Below are positions 1-12,000 of a stretch of 64,000 nucleotides of DNA, piece after piece. The number at the start of each line of letters is the position of its first letter. Position 1 is the stretch's first letter. The position numbers and the translations under genes are program-made. The notes below the pieces were generated by a model. The model made no database searches, had not been told where the DNA came from, and worked only from the letters and a program-made list of their open reading frames with translations. This DNA comes from Hemiscyllium ocellatum (lineage: Eukaryota): contig NC_083416.1 in assembly GCF_020745735.1 (NCBI RefSeq), positions 67,357,131 through 67,421,130 of the forward strand. Reading direction: 5' to 3'.

Positions 1-340
1 TCTTGGAGACCATATGTGGATTGAGTTGCAAAGTCTCACTTCGGACTGCCTGAAAGTGAATTTCTTTCTGCTCACCCACCCTCTTCAAAACATGATTGGG
101 GTGAACCCTTGTCCATTTTTATATCATCATGTCGAGTGCTGGTGTTGGACTGGTGTGGACAAAGTCAAAAATCACACGACATCAGGTTGTAGTCCAACAG
201 GTTTCTTTGAAACTGCAAACTTTTGGAGCCTTGCTCCTTCCTCAGGCAGGCCTCGCTGCTGGATCAACCTGTTGGCCCAAAACCCAATATTGTGTGATTT
301 TTGACTTTTATATCAGACAGCTGATTTTTAGGTGCTCTAG

Positions 341-468
341 GTAAAATCAATGACTGCAGATGCTGGAAACCAGATTCTGGATTAGTGGTGCTGGAAGAGC
401 ACAGCAGTTCAGGCAGCATCCGAGGAGCAGTAAAATCGACGTTTCGGGCAAAAGCCCTTCATCAGGAA
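341..468 (-). mobile_element. Short PLE-tail element (hammerhead-bearing); partial second copy at about 507-594
   Basis: Homologous to 37590-37722. TSD TTTAGGTGCTCTAG at 327-340 and 469-482. Confidence 0.85.
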
Positions 469-469
469 T
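434..469 (-). ncRNA. Minimal hammerhead ribozyme in a short PLE-derived element
   Basis: Minus strand: attc CTGATGA a GGGC tttt GCCC GAAAC GTC gatt. Confidence 0.8.
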
Positions 470-769
470 TTAGGTGCTCTAGTTCCGACTGACTGGTATT
501 TTTAAATTCTGGATTAGTGGTGCTGGAAGAGCACGGCAGTTCAGGCAGCAACCAAAATGCAGCGAAATCGACGTTTCGGGCAAAAGCCCTTCACCTGCCT
601 GTTGTAAAAAAGGAATGGACCACATTCTAGTGTACTCTCTTTATTACAATGATTGTACATCCCCAGGAGGAGTGAGTTTATACTGAATATCATAAAACAG
701 GTCTCGAGCAGTGATAGCAGCCCAGAGAAGCTTTGGGAGTAATCACTATCTCAGAATGCTTCAGTTGCT

Positions 770-1150
770 GCTGCAAATTCCTGGAGCATCAGAGGCTGAG
801 GGGAGACTTTATAGGGTTTTATAAATCATGAGGGGCATAAATAGCTAATTTTTTTTCTGAGAGTGGGGGTGTCCAAAACTAGAAGGCATAGGTTTAAGGT
901 GGGGGGCGAGGGGGGTTAGGATTTAATTAGGACCTGAAGGGCAAATTTTTCAGGCAAAGGGTGATGCTCGAGCTGCCAGAGGAAGTGGGGGAGGCAGGTA
1001 CAATTACAGTTAAAAGGCATCTGGATGGACATTTGAATCAGAAGGGTTAAGAGGAGTGTTGGCCAAATGCTGGCACGTGGGACTAGGTCAGTGGGATAAC
1101 AGATGCAGACGATTTGGACCGAAGGGTGTGTTTCCATGCTTTATGACTCT
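770..1150 (+). mobile_element. CR1-type LINE 3' fragment
   Basis: RLRGDL..YKIM-type remnant and CR1 tail. Confidence 0.8.
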
Positions 1151-1440
1151 AATTATAAATCCAGTCTCTTCCCAGGCATCAGCAGCACCATCCCCAATTT
1201 AACTCACTCTCTGTACCAATGGTTCCTTCCTCCCTACTTCCCAGCCCAGCAGAGAGGGTCCCCACATCTCTGGCTGTACCAGCTACTGCTGATTTAGTAG
1301 TAGCAGCAGTAACAATAACACAGAGGCAGGTGAGTGTAGCATCCAAGCCAGAAGAAAGCAACATTTTCCTGGGTACAGCCACAGCAATTTGTTACACAAA
1401 TATCTCTATCCTCATCTACAGATTCATGCTGAAAGCACAA

Positions 1441-1464
1441 GTGTGTGTGTGTGTGTGTGTGTGT
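1441..1464. repeat. (GT)12 microsatellite
   Basis: Directly visible. Confidence 0.95.
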
Positions 1465-1718
1465 ACCTTGCTAATTCTCCTTACTGACCCATATTGCAAC
1501 AATAGCCCTTTAGGAATGGATTAAAGAAATGTCTCATACCCATTTGAGCTCAGTAACTGAGATCAGACAAACACTGCAGTAGAAAAAGCTTAATTTGGCA
1601 TTGGCAAAAGAGGCAGACAACCATTCTTAAAAAGAAACAGAAGATTTGGTATTACCACAGTTTGAAAAAGCTCAATATTTTATGTAGATTGACAGTTGCT
1701 TTATAAAACTTAGTCTCC

Positions 1719-1860
1719 TAGGAGAAAGTGAGGACTGCAGATGCTGGAGATCAGAGCAGAAAATGTGTCGCTGGAAAAGCACAGCAGGTCAGGCAGCATC
1801 CAAGGAGCAGGAGAATCGACATTTCAGGAATCCTGAATACATTTCCAGCAACACATTTTC
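1719..1860 (-). mobile_element. Short PLE-tail element with inverted end
   Basis: TSD AAAACTTAGTCTCC at 1705-1718 and 1861-1874. Confidence 0.85.
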
Positions 1861-1949
1861 AAAACTTAGTCTCCAGCAGGTGAACGTTCTTTATAAAATT
1901 TGGTATTCATATAGGCTAGGTGATAACCTCGACATATTATCGCAAGACT

Positions 1950-2230
1950 AGAACATAGAAAAATACAGCGCAGTACAGGCCCTTCGACCCTCGATGTTGC
2001 GCCGATCCAAGCCTACCTAACCTACACTAGCCCACTTTCCTCCATATGCCTATCCAATGCCCGTTTAAATGCCCATAAAGAGGGAGAGTCCACCATTGTT
2101 ACTGGCAGGGCATTCCATGAACTCACGACTCGCTGAGTAAAGAATCTACCCCTAACGTCTGTCCTATACCTACCACCCCTTAATTTAAAGCTATGCCCCC
2201 TCGTAATATCTGACTCCATACGTGGAAAAA
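1950..2230 (-). mobile_element. CR1-type LINE 3' fragment
   Basis: TRGHSFKL...FFTQRVVSSWNALP. Confidence 0.85.
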
Positions 2231-2540
2231 ATCCAGAAACCCAGGAAATGTTCTCAGGACCTGGGTTTGAATCGCAGCATGGTGGAATTTGAATTCAATA
2301 ATAAGCTGGAAATAAGAGTCCAATGATGACCATGAAGCCATAGTTGATTGTCAGGAAGAAACCATCACTGATGTTCTTCAGGGAAGGAAATCGGCTGTCC
2401 TTACTTGGTCTGGCCTACATGTTACTCCAGACACACAGCAACGTGGTTGACTCTTAACTGCCCACCTGGCAATTAAAGACGGGCAATAAATGCTGGTCTA
2501 GACAGTGATACCCTCATCCCATGAATGAATTTTAAAAAAA
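2230..2540 (+). mobile_element. Second SINE family (reverse copy at about 10945-11270)
   Basis: B-box-like GGTTTGAATC, dispersed copies, tail GGGCAATAAATGCTGG also seen in a LINE 3' end near 47005-47070. Confidence 0.65.
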
Positions 2541-2879
2541 GCTGAAATAGTTCAGACAAACCAATTGTTACCAATTGGGCATTCCATCGAATAATATAAA
2601 AGTCACAAGTATCTATTTGGAATCTCTGGTTTGTGAAGTTGGTAAATGCAACTCGTTTGTGCTGCATTTTCTATTTTAATTGTAGCCAAAGTGTTAAGAG
2701 TTTAAATATTGCTAATTTGCATAAAACAGATAGCTTGTCTTTTTCTTTCCCCTTTCCTTTGCCTAGGTCTATTTTGTTCACTGTTAGAGATTATTTGAGA
2801 AATGCCCTGGAAAGTTTCTGTAGAAGAAATTCTGTGAGCCACTGCTAGCAGACTAATCCAAAATAGTTTTTGATTCAAG

Positions 2880-3680
2880 GATACATAGAGTCATAGAACG
2901 ATGCAGCATGGAAACAGACCCTTCCATCCAACTTTTCCAGGCCGACTAGCTATCTTAATAGATTCCCATTTGCCAGCATTTGGGCCATACCCCTCTAAAC
3001 CCTTCCTCTTCAAGTACCCATCCAGTAGCCTTTTAACTGCCACACCACTTCCTCTGGCAGCTCATTTCATACATTCACCATTTTCTGTGTGAAAAAAATT
3101 GCCCCTGAGGTCCCTTTTAAATCTTTCCCCTCCCACTGAAATGTATGCCGTCTACTTCTGGACTCTCCCACACCTGGGAAAAGACATTGGCTATTCACCA
3201 ATGATTTTATAGATCTCTGTACGGTCACCCCTCAGCCTGCGACACTTCAGAGAAAATAGCCCCAGCCTATTCAGCCTGAGAGTTCAAACCTGGCAACATC
3301 CTTGTAAAATCTTTTCTGAACCCTTTCAAGTTTCACAACATCTGTCTTACAGCAGGGAGACCAGAATTGAATGCAGAATTCCAAAAGTGGCCTCACCAAT
3401 GTTCTGTACAGCTGCAAAATGCACTAACCAATAAAGGCAAGCACAGCAAATGCCTTCTTCACTATCTTATCTACTTGCAACTCCACCTTCAAGGAACTAT
3501 TAACTTCCAAGGTCTCCTTGTTCAGCAACACTCCCCAGGACCTTACCATTAAGTGTATAAGTCCTGCACTGATTTGCTTTTCCAAAATGCAGCATCTTAG
3601 ATTTATTAAAATTAAACTCCATCTGCCACTCCTTGGCCCATTGGCCAATCTGATTAAGGTCCTGTTGAACTCTGAGGAAC
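2880..3680 (-). mobile_element. CR1-type LINE 3' fragment
   Basis: WQMEFN...LHFG RT remnant and tail. Confidence 0.85.
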
Positions 3681-3961
3681 ATATTTTCAAAACATTTAGC
3701 AATGAATGAACCCCCAGCTAAATAATAATATAAATTATGAATTTAAAGGTACACGATATTCTGAAATATTTAGTAAAGAACACTTAAATGCCAATTGTGC
3801 CATTAATACACTAACAAATATTCAGGTAGCTTTCTGAGATATGTAGGTGCAACACTGTATCACGGGCAGTGATTTCTTCATCTGTCATGTAAATGTAATA
3901 ATGGCGTACTGAGAAGTTGAGTGATTGATGTGGCTATGGGATGGGAAGATTTGGGGATTGC

Positions 3962-4086
3962 TGCAAATGTGTTGCTGGTCAAAGCACAGCAGGTTAGGCA
4001 TGAGATGCTGCCTAACCTGCTGTGCTTTGACCAGCAACACATTTGCAGCTGTGATCTCCAGCATCTGCAGACCTCATTTTTTACTC
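3962..4086 (+). mobile_element. Short PLE-tail fold-back element
   Basis: 41-bp perfect inverted repeat (3960-4000 and 4009-4049). 17-bp TSD GAAGATTTGGGGATTGC at 3945-3961 and 4087-4103. Confidence 0.88.
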
Positions 4087-4281
4087 GAAGATTTGGGGAT
4101 TGCAGCAGGCACTCTGTTTAGATATATTGCACTCATCCTGCACCACATGGGAAGCAGTATTTCATAGTCATAGAACACTACAGCATAGAAAGAGGCCCTT
4201 TTGCCTATCATGTCCATGCTGATTATCAAGTACTAATTTACTGCAATCCCATTTTCCCACAGTTGGCCCATAGTCTTGTAT

Positions 4282-4505
4282 GAAAAGGCGCAGCAGGTCA
4301 GGCAGCATCCAAGCAGCAGGAGAATCGACGTTTCGGGCCTGAGCCCTTCTTTAGGAAGGAGGCTCAGACTTCAGGAGCCCTCCTGAAGAAAGGCTCAGGC
4401 CCGAAACATTGATTCTTCTGCTCCTTGGATGCTGCCTGACCTGCTGCGCTTTTCCAGCAACACGTTTTCAGCTCTGATCTCCAGCATCTGCAATCCTCAC
4501 TTTCT
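4282..4505 (+). mobile_element. Short PLE-tail fold-back element with two opposed hammerhead-like motifs
   Basis: Inverted arms. TSD CCATAGTCTT(G/A)TAT at 4268-4281 and 4506-4519. Confidence 0.85.
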
Positions 4506-5477
4506 CCATAGTCTTATATACAATAGTACTTAAAAGTCGTTATCAATATACTTCAATACTGTGGTGATTCCCGAGTGATTTTACTACTCTTTCGGATGGT
4601 AAATTCCAAAAATCCACCAGATTCCTCTCAATGCAACAAGTTCTCCTTAATCCCCTCTAAACTTGCTGCCTTAAATCTATTTTCTGCCTTAAGTCGGAAT
4701 CTGACTGTAACTGTAAAATTTGAAAAGGAATTGAAACCTTACCTTGAATCAAATTCCCAGATTCTCCAGTTCTGATGAAGAGATGTACTAGACTCAACAT
4801 GAGCTCTCTCTTTCTCTCTCCACAGATGCTGTCAGACTTAATGAGTTTCTCCAGCTTTATGTGTTTATCTCAGATGTATTAAATTACCTTTAAGTCAAGG
4901 ACTTGAGGACAAAATTCAAAGCTGATACCAGTGGATGTTGATGAAGGTGTCACTTTTCAGTTGAATTATGAAATCGAGACGCTGTCAGCTGGACATAGCA
5001 TACCGATGAGGGGCTGAGGCTATAAATCAGATATTACTGGGGAAAGAGATTGCAAGTCAGAAGGTCAGGGAAGAGGACAGGCTACAAATCAGATGCTCAT
5101 GGGAAGGAATCAGCAGCAACCAAAAGTAACATGAGGCACTGTGATCATAATTTTTTCCTTAAATTAGAGCAAGTTATTTCATTTATCAGCACAATCAACA
5201 TAGAAATTTAGCAATGGAAATGATTTCAACTTTCGGGATATAATGTTTTAATGTTTGTTTCCGATACAGAAGTTAACTCTAGTTTTAATATTGATTCTTG
5301 TGGGAATTTGTATTTTACTTAAAGTTTTAATTTTCATGAATGTGACTTTACTGTGTTTTAACTTTCTCAATTAATTACACTTGGCGAAAATAATAATTGA
5401 AGTTGTATGTCCTAATTGGATTATGAATTTGATTTTTGCACTGCACCAAAATGTTACCCTCAACATGTATATTTAAT

Positions 5478-5685
5478 CAAAATTGATGGAGAAACTGAGC
5501 AGGACTGATAGCATCTGTGAAGAGAAAGCAGAGTTAATGTTTTGAGTCTGTGGACACTTACGTTCTGAAGAACAGTCAGTAGACTCAAAAGATTAACTTT
5601 GATTTCTCCCCACAGTTGCTGCCCGAACGTCTGAGTTTACAGCAATTTCTGTTTCACATTTCCAGCATCTGCAGATGCTTGTTTT
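5478..5685 (+). mobile_element. Degenerate fold-back element of a related family (relatives at about 4770-4875, 17780-17960, 55370-55515)
   Basis: Imperfect inverted arms, CTGAAGA core remnant, TSD ATGTATATTTAAT at 5465-5477 and 5686-5698. Confidence 0.7.
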
Positions 5686-5931
5686 ATGTATATTTAATGC
5701 CCCATCTATAATAGAATAATCACCACTGTTCAGGAAAATAACTATACCATAGTTGAACAGCTATTAAAAATAGTCTAAGCAAAAACGGAGGTGCATTTTC
5801 TTCTGCAGTCTTTTATTAAAAACATTTTGCATTGTTTAGTTAAATTACAAAAGGTTTAGACATTGTAATTAAGTAGTTTTCCAAATTTTGTCATGTCTCA
5901 TGGTTCATACCTGTAACCAACCCCTTTTTTA

Positions 5932-6061
5932 TCAACAACTTCTGATATTTTCATATTTTTCAGGTAATGGTATTACTTTGTGTCCAGAAGCAGGTATCAG
6001 ATACAAGATTCCAGCATTTGGAACAATATTCCATGAAAGAGATAATGAGACGTTATTTCCT
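5932..6061 (-). CDS. SPCS3: SPCS3-like exon 5 ([42 protein letters not shown])
   Basis: Pyrimidine tract and AG acceptor, TGA at 5932-5934, AATAAA on minus strand at 5812-5817. Confidence 0.92.
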
Positions 6062-9000
6062 CTAAGGGGAGGAGGAACAGAAAGAAAGTGAAAAAGGTCA
6101 ACAGTATGATCTTGTCAATGCTGGATCTTTAGGTTCATTTTAGCTTATGTTGAAAATTGCCTGCATTTGTTCCAAACTACAACACTAAGTACTATTTCTG
6201 CATTGTGGAGTGACATTTATCGTCCACAGCAGTTTATCATTATTTTTTCAAAAAGTATAATACCAATGGAGTACAAAGGTTAGAGGAAAATCATCACAAT
6301 CTCAGAAAAATACTAACACTACTTCTGCACTCTTGCAATTCTGAAATTTAATTGCAGCACCACAAATAGTCAGGCATTTATTACCTAAATCCTGAAGTCT
6401 CAACTTCTCCCTGAAATTGTCTACCTCTCCATCCTTCTTTATAATGCTCCTCAAAACTTCCATTTTTACAAGGTTTTTGGTGTCCTTGTATGGCTTAGGG
6501 CCAAATTATTTTGATAACCCTTCTGTGAAGCAACTTGCAATATTTTATGTTAAAGGCATAGTAAAATACACCTTGTTCTTGTGTAGGAGTTTAATTATTT
6601 CTTCTGAAGCTACTAAAGTTTAGCACTTCCTACAACACTTTCCACCCATCTGCACAAAAACAAAATAGACAGCATAAAACAGGCTCACACTAACTTAATC
6701 TGTCAGTGTGCCACAGGATTAATAGTTACGCTCTATTTAATTATTCAGCACTGGATGTATATTACAAATTCCTGATCACTCCAAGAGGCAGAAAAGTATT
6801 TCACTAATATGTCACATTATTCATGTAAAAATTCCCAATTTCTTACAGGAAATAAGAATATCTTGCAGAAGCAGTGGAAACAACCAAATAAGCAATGTTG
6901 CGGAAAAGTTGAAAACTGTACTTGAAACTATAGCTATCTAAACATTCACACCAGGGACTGTACTCTCATTGAATATTTACTTTCTTGTTCCTCCACATGT
7001 AAAAAGTCTTAAGGAATGTAAGCATATGAAAGTCGAAAATAAGCCAAAGAAAACTGCATAAGGTGAAGAAGAGAATGATGATGCAAAATAGATTCACAAA
7101 GACAGCTTTCAAGCTGAATCTTAAGAGAGGTGGATGGAGAAGTTTAGGAAGGAAATTCCAGAGCTCAGGGCCAAGGTAGCTGAAGGAAGGCTCCCAATGA
7201 TGAGGGGATTTCAGAGAGCACAGGAAGCCAAGACAGAAGGAATGCAGATTTTACAAAGGATTGCAAAGTTGGATAAAGGTACAGAGATAAGGGGTGATGG
7301 CACAAAGGAATTTGACAAGAAAAGTTAGAATCATTATTTGAAACAGTTGAGCATGAGGTGATGGTGGACTTAGTGTGGGCTAGGGTAGCTGTGAGTTTCA
7401 GTGAGCTGAAGTTTATGGACGATGTGATGAAGCCATGAAGCAGTGGATTAGTCAGGGCTTAAAGTGTAATAGCGTGAACAAAGGATTTAGCAATACATTA
7501 GTTGACCCAGAAGTGCTAATGAGCCTGTTTGGAAGGTAAAGTTGGTACTTCTCACAATGGAGAGAATATGGAATCAGAGCCCAACTCCAAGTTAAAAAGG
7601 AATAATAGTTGCTGCCAGAATGCTTCAAACAAGACAGTGGAGGGAGAGGGAGATCACTAATGTTTAACTCATGGATGTTATGACGTATCCAGTAGGCATG
7701 TTAGAGCAGAGTGTTGAGAGAAGTAGTGAAGAGGGAGTGGGCATCGTCTGCATACATGTGCTGATGATGTCACCAAGGAACAGCAGGAAGATGAACATGA
7801 CCTAAGAAGGTTGACTTCAGAGCTAATGATGCAGGAACATACAATGAATGAGAAGACCATTTTGCCCTCAAGCCTATGTGCAATTCAATAAGATGAGGGC
7901 TAATATGGTTGTGGTTTAAATTCCACTCTCATGTCGGTTTGCTTATAATCCATTGGAATATTGGAAGGAAAGTCACTGCTAGAGGTAAGAATGGAACCAA
8001 GCAAGAACAGTGTCACTGAGTTAAACAATAGACAGGAGGCTAGTTGTTCCAAAAGCTGCAGAACAATAATGGGATACTGCACCAATCCCAAATGTGAATT
8101 GGACGTGGCTATTTACTGTTGGACAGAAAGCTATTTGGAGAGATTCAAATACAAAGTTGATGGTAAAACCTGGTTATTAACATTGCATTCAAAGCATGGA
8201 AAGAAAACAGCTTTAAAATGGGGTAATAATTTTGATGAAAAGACAATGGCATCAGTTTTGAAGATATGCCTGAGAGAACACAATTTTAAATGTCAACTCG
8301 TAATAGATCAGGAAAAGAAGGTTGGATCAGTGGAATTAGGGTCATGGGAGCATTTTACATTTCTCTTCATTAGTACCTCATGTCTCCCAACATCCCATTT
8401 TTCCTATTTACATAGACCTGAATGGTTTTACTGTTCTTGCACATGTATGTTAGCAGCAAATTTTGATACACTTTTTTCCCCCGTGAATCATACTGAACCT
8501 TGGAATACATCACTTGTGCAATTTAAACAACATAGGTGAACCCTACTCCTTTGTTCCTAATCTATCAATTCTACATTCCAACTGTGCTACTACATCTTTC
8601 CTATCCTATAAGTTTTTTATGTTTAAACAAGCCACTCAAGGGATGTATTATCTGGTGACTTCTGAAAACTCTCATTTATTTAATTTCCAAAAGTTCTAAA
8701 GTTGTCACATGTTACTCAACCTTAACAAATTTATGCTGGATAATTTGAAGCATTTCTAAGTGCTAAGTAATTTAACCTGGAATTACAAATTTTAAGACAT
8801 TGTTCATGAGTGTTATTAAACAAACTTATAGATAGTTACTAGTTTAGGCTTCTTGATCATCAATTTTAGAATAATGTAGAAACATCAAAGCTAGGAAATG
8901 CAATCTTGTATTGTAATCTCATTAAATCTACTTTAAACTCTGATTTTAATTAAGACAATAATTGGTGCAAAATGTCAACCCTCCAAAACATTGAATCCGA

Positions 9001-12000
9001 CTGGAGCAAAATGCACTTAACAATGAGAAAGCTTTTATAATTAATCAATAATCTTTTACTTTTCTCGTATATAAGAAACATTTTTCACTTACATCAGGCC
9101 ATTTCCATCATCCAACAATAAATATTTAGGGCTCATATTCTGAAGATTAAGTCTAGTGTTCTCTCCTCGCTGAAGAATTTTATCCCATAGAATCACTTGA
9201 TTCAATTTCTAAGTTGTAAATTAGTGCAGAACAAAAAAAAGGAATTATCAGATTTCAACAAACTAATTAAAATAGTTGCAGGAAGGAATTTAAAGATTGC
9301 ACTATAATATCAATGTAAATATGATTATAAGGCATAGAAATGTACTCTTGTGCAATACTAAAACTAACGTGGTGCCACTATTTAAGAAAGGTGGTAAGGA
9401 AAAGCCAGAAACTATAGACTGGTGAGCCTGACATCAGTGATGAGCAAGTTGTTGGAGGGAATCCTGAGGGACAGGATTTACACGTACTTGGAAAAGTAAG
9501 GACGGATTAGGGATAGTCAATGTGATTTTGTGCGTGAGAAAACATGTCTCACTAACTTGATTGAGTTTTTTGAGGAAGTAACGAAGAGGACGAAGAGACA
9601 AAGCAGTGGACGTGATCTATATGGACTTCAGCAAGGCCTTCAACAAAGTTCCTCATGGTAGACTGGTTAGTACTGTTAGATTTCATGGAATACAGGAGGA
9701 CTAGCCATTTGGATACAGGACTAGTTCGAAGGTAGAAGTTAAAATCACACAACACCAGGTTATAGTCTAACAGATTTACTTGGAAGTAGTAGCTTTTGGA
9801 GGACTGCTCCTTCATCAGGTAGCTGTGGAGCAGGATCATAAGACACAGAATTTATACTAAAACAGTGTCATGCAACTGAAACAATATATTGAACAAACTT
9901 AGATTGCTGTTACATCTTTCATCTTTTAGAATGGGTTGCAGGTTTTGGTTCATTAATATATAAATCCCAGAACTTCTTTCATGTCACATTCTTGAGATAA
10001 AGTTATCTGTGTATCAAATGAGCTACCAGACAAAGTGGTGGAGGCTGGTAAAATTACAACCTTTCAAAGGCATCTGGATGGGTTTATGATTGGGAAAGGT
10101 TTATAGGGATATGGGTCAAAGGCTGGAAAATGGGACTAGATTTATTTAGGATATCTTATTGGCATGCATGAATTTGACCGAAGGGGCTGTTTTCATGCTC
10201 TATAAAAAGGAATCAGGTTGATGAAAAACATGGATAATAGGTAAAAAGATAATGCTTAAAGGAATGAATGTGGAAATTGCACATCCACATAGATGTATTT
10301 TCTAGTTTGCACAGCGTAATATCTCCACAAATTCAACTTACATTCTTTGCTGTAGCATATTCCGCAGTTAGATATAGGAAAAGCTGCTTAACATTCCAGT
10401 TGAATACTGGTGCGAGATGTAAATAAATGGTTAAAGAAAATATGGGTTCAGAATCAATTCACACAATAGAAGTTTTCTATTGCAACAACTGCTTTGATAA
10501 ATTGATGATTAGCCAAATGAAAGTGATCTAAAAATACTGCATAATAACTTCTTTCTAGGGTTGTACTCCGATTTCCTTTTCTTGATCCTATTCATAGCTC
10601 TTCAGGTGCACAACATCAAACAAGCATGAGTGTTCCTGCAATCTACTTTCAAGAGAGACAGAGAACTGATAAAATTGGCACTTTAAATGGTTACAGCATT
10701 CAGTGTGAGCAATATATTACATCGTTTATATAAAATGCTTGGAAAGAACAGGTAACTTATAGTTCCCAGTCATTTTCACAACTTGCTTGGTTGCTTCACA
10801 TCTTGGATCAAGAATCACACAAGTCAATTGTGTCTCCTGATTGTTTGAAAGAGCTACAAAATTTATCATTTCCCTGCTCTTTCATATTAGTTCCACAATT
10901 TTCTTTATTCACTTATTCTAAAAACATCTATTGGATGTTTTTTTCTTTAATTCATTCACAGAATGAGGGCCAGCATTAATTGCCTATCCCAGAGGGCAGT
11001 TAAGAGTCAACCACAATGCTGTGGGTCTGGAGTCACCTATAATCCAGATGAGGTAAGGATGGCAGTTTCCTCCCCTCAAGGATACTGGTGAACCAGATGG
11101 ATTTTTCTGACATTTGCTGGACAATGAATTCATGGTCATCATTAGACCCTTAAATCCAGATTTTTATTGGATTCAAATTCCATTATCTGCCATGGCAGAA
11201 TTCAAACCCTGGTCCCCAGAACATTACCCGAGTCTCTGGATTACTAGTCCCACAATAATATCACCATGCCATCACTTCATCCAAATTGGCACAGTTTTTT
11301 CAGGTACTGTGCACTAGGTTGCTCCTGTATTTGGATTTTCTTGTGAGGAGAGGTTCAGCGGGTTAGATTTGCACTCATTGGAATTTAGTAAAAGAAGAGG
11401 AGACCTTATTGAAACATAAGATTCTTAGGGGGCTTTACAAAGTAAATGTAGAGAGGTTGTTTCCCCTTGTCGTAACATCTAAGATCAGATGGCAAAATCG
11501 CAGAATAAGGAATCACCTAATCAAGACAGAGCTATCTCTTGATTGGTGCTAAATCTGTGGAATTCCTTACCACGGAGGGTTGAATAGGCTAATTGTTTAA
11601 ATATTTAATGCCGAGACAGATTTCTAATTAAGGGACTCAATGGTTATGGGGAAAAGTCGGGAATATGGAGTTGAGGATTATCAGATTACCCTGATGTCAT
11701 TGAATAGCAGAGAACACTCTGGGCAAAATGGCCTTCTGCGGCTTCAATGTCTTATGCATTCTAGTTTCTAACAACTTGGTGCAGAACAAAATGTTTTGTC
11801 TTTTCTCCTCTGGATTTCTTTGCTCCACCCATTGTTTTTTCAGATTACTGACATTTTAATTTATTTTATTATTTTTGGTATTGTGTTTTTTTTGTTTTGG
11901 TTAGCTTCAAATATTTGTTCTATGCTGTAACTGATGGGAGAAGGTGAATATTGATGCTTCTCATGTTTCAAGTTGAGTGAAGAACTCAATGGACCAAGGA

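Noticed and set aside
7961-8539. 192-aa ORF in SPCS3-like intron 4
   Set aside because: Non-ATG start and no recognisable domain. It lies in purine-rich sequence (about 7050-8350) that looks like a decayed antisense LINE, too degraded to call.
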